This document shows positions 51,000-55,073 of a stretch of DNA of 55,073 nt, piece by piece. This stretch comes from an uncultured Eubacterium sp. (GTDB taxonomy: Bacteria > Bacillota > Clostridia > Peptostreptococcales > Anaerovoracaceae), in contig CAJJPZ010000001.1 of assembly GCA_905193765.1 (NCBI GenBank), forward strand, positions 1-55,073, written 5' to 3'. Under the pieces are notes generated by a model that was not told where the DNA came from, did not search any database, and worked only from the letters and a program-made list of their open reading frames with translations. Positions within the stretch are counted from its first letter, which is position 1. The number at the start of each line of letters is the position of its first letter. A program made the translations under genes and the position numbers.

Positions 51000-51686
51000 C
51001 TATTCGCTGTAAAGTGCTGCCAGATCATCTGCGTCCATGTCCAGCCCGGTGTCTCCCGGTCTGACGCAGGCCAGCGTCGGCAGGCCGGTATAGTATTCAC
51101 ACATGCGGATGTTGTCTTCCTCCATCACATCTCCCGGATGGAAGTTGTTGAAGATGACGCCTTTGAGCTCCAGGTCTTTTGCTTTCATATATCCAGCAGT
51201 CAGAACTACGCCGTTGATGGTCCCCAGTCCTGCATCTGCAACGAGGATGCTGGAAAGCTCGAGATCCCGGATGACGTCTTCAAGCTGCAGCCTGCTGCTG
51301 TCAAAATCTATCGGGCACACGATGCCGCCGGAACCTTCCATCGTCACATAGTCATATGCTGCACAGACCTTCGCAAATCCTGACCTGACCACGTCCATCT
51401 GCACCGGATCGCCTTCGAGGCGTGAAGCCAGATGAGGCGAAACAGCAGCTTCGTACACATACGGACACATCGTTTCCAGCGGCTGACTGATGCCGGAAAC
51501 TTCCTTTACATGAAGTGCATCCCCGGGGATCAGATGTCCGTCAGCATCACGCTGGTTGCCGCTCATCGCCGCCTTGTAGTAAGCTGCACTGTGACCGCTT
51601 TGCCTGAGTTTTTTCAGTATCAGTCCGGTCACGTAGGTCTTGCCGATATCCGTGCCGGTGCCGGTTATAAAAAGTTTCTTTGCCAT
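51000..51686 (-). CDS. bioD: Dethiobiotin synthetase
   Basis: LFITGTGTDIGKT, SPHLA, MEGSGG, GLGTIN; true start ATG 51686 behind GGGAGG (ORF track overextends). Confidence 0.95.
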   Translation of the reverse strand: MAKKLFITGTGTDIGKTYVTGLILKKLRQSGHSAAYYKAAMSGNQRDADGHLIPGDALHVKEVSGISQPLETMCPYVYEAAVSPHLASRLEGDPVQMDVVRSGFAKVCAAYDYVTMEGSGGIVCPIDFDSSRLQLEDVIRDLELSSILVADAGLGTINGVVLTAGYMKAKDLELKGVIFNNFHPGDVMEEDNIRMCEYYTGLPTLACVRPGDTGLDMDADDLAALYSE

Positions 51687-51688
51687 GA

Positions 51689-52663
51689 TCAGTCCTCCCG
51701 GAGCTGCGGCCTGTAGCCCAGTTCTTTCAGCATATCCATATCCTTCTGGACGGTTATCCCTGCGGTGGTAAGCATGTCGCCGGAAATAGCGGCGTTGGCT
51801 CCGCTCTGGAAACATTCCCTGCCTTTGTCGCTGAGAAGGCCCCGGCCACCGGCCAGCCTGATGGACGCATCCGGGATTATGAAACGGAAGACCGCCACGC
51901 ACTGCCGGGCCTCTTCTTCCGTCAGCGGTCTGTTGTTTTCATATGGAGTCCCCGGTATCGGGTTCAGGAAATTCACCGGGACAGATTTTACCCCCAGCTC
52001 CTTGACGGTGAACACCATGTCCACACGGTCTTCGAGAGTCTCGCCAAGTCCAATGATACCGCCGGAGCATATGGAAAGTCCCGCTGCCACCGCTGCTTTC
52101 AGTGTTTCTATTTTCTGGTCGTATGTATGGGTCGTGCAGATCTCCGGGAAATACCCTCTGGAAGTTTCCAGATTGCAGTGAGCTCTGGTCGCTCCGGCTT
52201 CCCGGACTTTTCTCAGCTGATCCTCGTTCAAAAGGCCGAAGGAAAAACATACTTCGATGTCGGTTTCTGCCTTTATCCTGCGGATGCTCTCGCAGACCTG
52301 ATCCAGCTCCTCATCCGACAGACGCTTGCCGGAGGTCACGATGGAGTACCGCAGCACGCCCTGATGGTCGTTGTATTTTGCTTCACGAAGGATATCTTCC
52401 GTCGGCAGCAGGTCGTAAACTTCGGTACATCCTGTATTGTAGTGGGCGCTCTGCGCACAGAATTTGCAGTTTTCCGAGCACCTGCCGCTTTTGCCGTTGA
52501 TGATGGTGCAAATGTCGAAACCGTTGCCGCAAAATTTTTCCCGTATCTCGTCAGCGGCCTGCGCTACGTCCTCCACCGGCTCTTCGAACAGCTGCAAAGC
52601 TTCCTCCCGGCTGATCTCCCCGCCTGCGATTATCCGTTCTTTCAGTTCGTTTACCAGACTCAT
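51689..52663 (-). CDS. bioB: Biotin synthase
   Basis: KSGRCSENCKFCAQS, HCNLET, CSGGIIGLGE, SVPVNFL, LAGGR. Confidence 0.96.
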   Translation of the reverse strand: MSLVNELKERIIAGGEISREEALQLFEEPVEDVAQAADEIREKFCGNGFDICTIINGKSGRCSENCKFCAQSAHYNTGCTEVYDLLPTEDILREAKYNDHQGVLRYSIVTSGKRLSDEELDQVCESIRRIKAETDIEVCFSFGLLNEDQLRKVREAGATRAHCNLETSRGYFPEICTTHTYDQKIETLKAAVAAGLSICSGGIIGLGETLEDRVDMVFTVKELGVKSVPVNFLNPIPGTPYENNRPLTEEEARQCVAVFRFIIPDASIRLAGGRGLLSDKGRECFQSGANAAISGDMLTTAGITVQKDMDMLKELGYRPQLRED

Positions 52664-52720
52664 ATATTTCCTTTCCTCGTCTTTTTGCGTTGTATTGTGT
52701 TAATGGATCCTGCGAACTTT

Positions 52721-52976
52721 ATCGCTCTCTGCGTTCGCTCCGACTCGCTTCGGTTGGAGACTTGTCCCGGTTTGCGAAGCAAATCGTGGAAAGTCCCATG
52801 CGAGAGCCACAGGACTTTAGTCCGTGGTGGCTTACCGCCCCTGCTGTCGCATTTTCCTTGCAGATCGCTTCGCTCTCTGGGAAAATCCGCATCGCTCTCT
52901 GCGTTCGCTCCGACTCGCTTCGCTCCCTGCTGTCGCATTTTCCTTGCAGATCGCTTCGCTCTCTGGGAAAATCCGC
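52721..52976. repeat. Interleaved direct repeats (32 bp x2, 52 bp x2) rich in CGCTTCGCTC
   Basis: 52721-52752 equals 52891-52922; 52839-52890 equals 52925-52976. Confidence 0.9.
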
Positions 52977-52990
52977 TATTTACTGCAGGC

Positions 52991-53569
52991 TCAGCTTTGG
53001 ATCCGCTGGTATGCCGGTCGCAGGCGCTTTGCAAGCAAGGCGCCTATAAAACAGAGGCATATATCCCCCGGCACCGCCAGCAGGAAGCAGTACAGGAACA
53101 GTGGCCAGAATGCGATGGGCGTTCCGATCACGAAGTTGCAGATGATGTAATAGTAGATCATGCCGCAGGCGTATACTATCGCAAGCCCTGTAAAACTTGC
53201 TGCCAGCAGCCTGCCGGTGGTCAGCTTTTCCAGTTTTTCTGCCATCAGACCTGTCACCAGGCTTCCCAGGGCAAATCCGATGATGTAGCCGAAGCTGGGC
53301 TTCATCACATACCAGATGCCGCCGCCTTCTGCAAAGATCGGCAGCCCGGCAAGTCCCAGCACTGCGTAAAGACCCACACTTACTGCCCCTAGCCTGCCGC
53401 CCATGATCAGGCCTGCCAGCATAGTGAACAGAAACTGCAGTGTGAACGGCACCACCGGAACAGGCACCTTGATGAACGCACCCACTGCGATAAGCGCTGT
53501 GAAAAGTGCACACATTATCATATCTTTTGTAGCGATCTTCTTTTGTGATCTAACCGATTCCAAACTCAT
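52991..53569 (-). CDS. bioY: Biotin ECF transporter S component
   Basis: VPFTLQ, GLAGLPIFAEGGG, PSFGYIIGF; heads the bio cluster. Confidence 0.95.
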   Translation of the reverse strand: MSLESVRSQKKIATKDMIMCALFTALIAVGAFIKVPVPVVPFTLQFLFTMLAGLIMGGRLGAVSVGLYAVLGLAGLPIFAEGGGIWYVMKPSFGYIIGFALGSLVTGLMAEKLEKLTTGRLLAASFTGLAIVYACGMIYYYIICNFVIGTPIAFWPLFLYCFLLAVPGDICLCFIGALLAKRLRPAYQRIQS

Positions 53570-53616
53570 TTCAAAATCACTGCTCCTTTTCTCTGTGTCG
53601 AATAGTCATTGTGGTT

Positions 53617-53669
53617 ATTATATGGTATGCAGGACAGAATTGTCAACCTTATTCTTATGATTGTAAACC
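53617..53669 (-). promoter_or_regulatory. bioY promoter with candidate BirA operator
   Basis: TTGACA-18-TATAAT on minus strand; TGTCAAC-N15-GTAAACC overlapping the -35 resembles TGTTAAC-N14-16-GTTAACA. Confidence 0.55.
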
Positions 53670-54055
53670 TTTTATATTTCATGGATAATGACATCCTGCT
53701 TTTCTGTAAAGGATAACGGTTCAAATTTCAACATGGTCAGAAAAGATGAGTCGGGTGTGAGCCACCCTTATGAGATCTGAACGGCAGGAGCCTGCTCACA
53801 GCCGTCCGGACGGCGGCTCCCGCTGAAATAACATCTCAAGTTTGAACACAATCAGAAAATGCCTCTGGTGTGAACGCTCCCAGGCTCCGGTAGATTTTTG
53901 AATACCGTAACATGGTATATACGCCCCCGATAAAATTTTGGACGTCGTGCTCTATGCTGCAGCCGCTCATGTAACGGCTTCTGACGTGAACTATGAACTT
54001 GCCGAACAGTACATGCCGTACCTGATGTCCGACTCCCGTCCGAGAGTAATTCATC

Positions 54056-54856
54056 TCAATCCAGCAGCTTATTCCTTATCTCCGACTCGATGACGGCGAG
54101 GTTGATCCCGCCGTCATATTCATCATATGTCACGATGAGATTCCTCCAGGGCATTATACCCGCACGTTCATATATCGTAAGCTTCACTTTATTTTTGTAT
54201 CTGTAGTCCTGATTTTCCATAAGCCCCAGGTGCTCCCAGTAAACCAGCTTCCCGCTCTTCTTGAGTATCTTGAAATCCGGTGCGTACTGCCTGCCGGCTA
54301 TCATGATCACCTCTTCATAACGAAATGGGATATTGAATTCATACAGTTTCTCTGCAATCAGCAGCTCAGACTTGCTGCGCACATGAAGCCCCCGGCTGGT
54401 GGTCTGATTCTTCTCATCCGACCTGTAATCACTCATATGATAAGGTGCCTGCGCCCATTTTTCAGCGTCCCTTATATTACCACCGAAAAAGTATTCCTCC
54501 GGAAGTGTAGAGTATACGCCCTTCATCGAATCGATGATCTGCGCCGGATCCACATCGCTGCGCCCGGCGATAAACTTCCGCAGCCTGTCAGTCTCCTTCG
54601 AAAGCTGAGGTATGAACTTTTCAAGATACTTCTTCCGTGCAAGCTGGCGGGTCAGGTCATCGGCTGCCCCGATGTGCCGCCTGCATCTGCCGGTGCTGTC
54701 ATCAGACTTATATTCATGAACATAAAAAGTCTTCCCGTCCGTCTTTCTCGATGATAAATTCCCCTCCGGCAGCGAATCAAACTCTCTCCTGCAGCTTTCC
54801 AGCAGCTTTTCATAACCCCTGAGCGCAGTGTTTAAATATTCATTCGTCAAAAACAT
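54056..54856 (-). CDS. Hypothetical protein with C-terminal Vsr/DUF559-like putative endonuclease domain; compact paralog of 7177..8607
   Basis: LPEGNL, LARKKYL, SRGLHVRSKSELLIAEKL..IPFRYE...PDF...WEHLGLM; RBS AAGGAG. Confidence 0.75.
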   Translation of the reverse strand: MFLTNEYLNTALRGYEKLLESCRREFDSLPEGNLSSRKTDGKTFYVHEYKSDDSTGRCRRHIGAADDLTRQLARKKYLEKFIPQLSKETDRLRKFIAGRSDVDPAQIIDSMKGVYSTLPEEYFFGGNIRDAEKWAQAPYHMSDYRSDEKNQTTSRGLHVRSKSELLIAEKLYEFNIPFRYEEVIMIAGRQYAPDFKILKKSGKLVYWEHLGLMENQDYRYKNKVKLTIYERAGIMPWRNLIVTYDEYDGGINLAVIESEIRNKLLD

Positions 54857-55073
54857 CCCTTTTTACTCCTTTCATGTACACAAATCCCCATTATTTTTCT
54901 TATTTGTACACATATGCGCTCCTGTATTACCCATTAAATTCCATTTCGAGCTCGATTTTAAAGCGATTTAAGGTTTATCAAAAAACCTTCTTATTTTATC
55001 ACGAATAATTATTCATCACACCTCCGCAACAATTTGAAAGTTCGTGCATATTTATGCATTATAAATTCCATGC

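Noticed and set aside
53889..53925. GGTAGATTTTTG half-site near second nuclease paralog
   Set aside because: No CTCTAC partner at the 37-bp position and no neighbour at 83 or 104 bp

Overview
Chromosomal window of a ~50% GC anaerobic Firmicute (Clostridia-like; taxon is inference from gene content). Recognisable content: a SipW signal peptidase with three TasA-like paralogs and a large surface protein; two paralogous putative nucleases with an 'RSKSE...PDF...WE(H/Y)xG' core; LuxR-amidohydrolase-MFS; hbd with a Rex-like box; two ECF sigma/anti-sigma pairs; two tRNA-Arg genes; a two-component system; thrH; an ABC exporter; an aroF-tyrA-aroB-aroA-aroC-pheA-aroEK cluster; and bioY-bioB-bioD-bioA split by an IS110 element. 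Two unannotated structures stand out. (1) A dispersed intergenic element built from 37-bp imperfect palindromes (RGTAGAGTTTY-N16-RAAAYCTACY): 30 sites at 9 loci, as six inward-facing quartets and three pairs. Start-to-start spacing is fixed at 83/104/83 bp (94/104/93 in one copy), i.e. whole helical turns, while the linker sequences diverge. (2) A 29-aa Phe/Tyr-rich leader peptide with terminator and antiterminator ahead of the shikimate operon, i.e. a ribosome-stalling attenuator where Firmicutes usually use T-boxes. All product calls come from motif recognition by eye; no searches were run.
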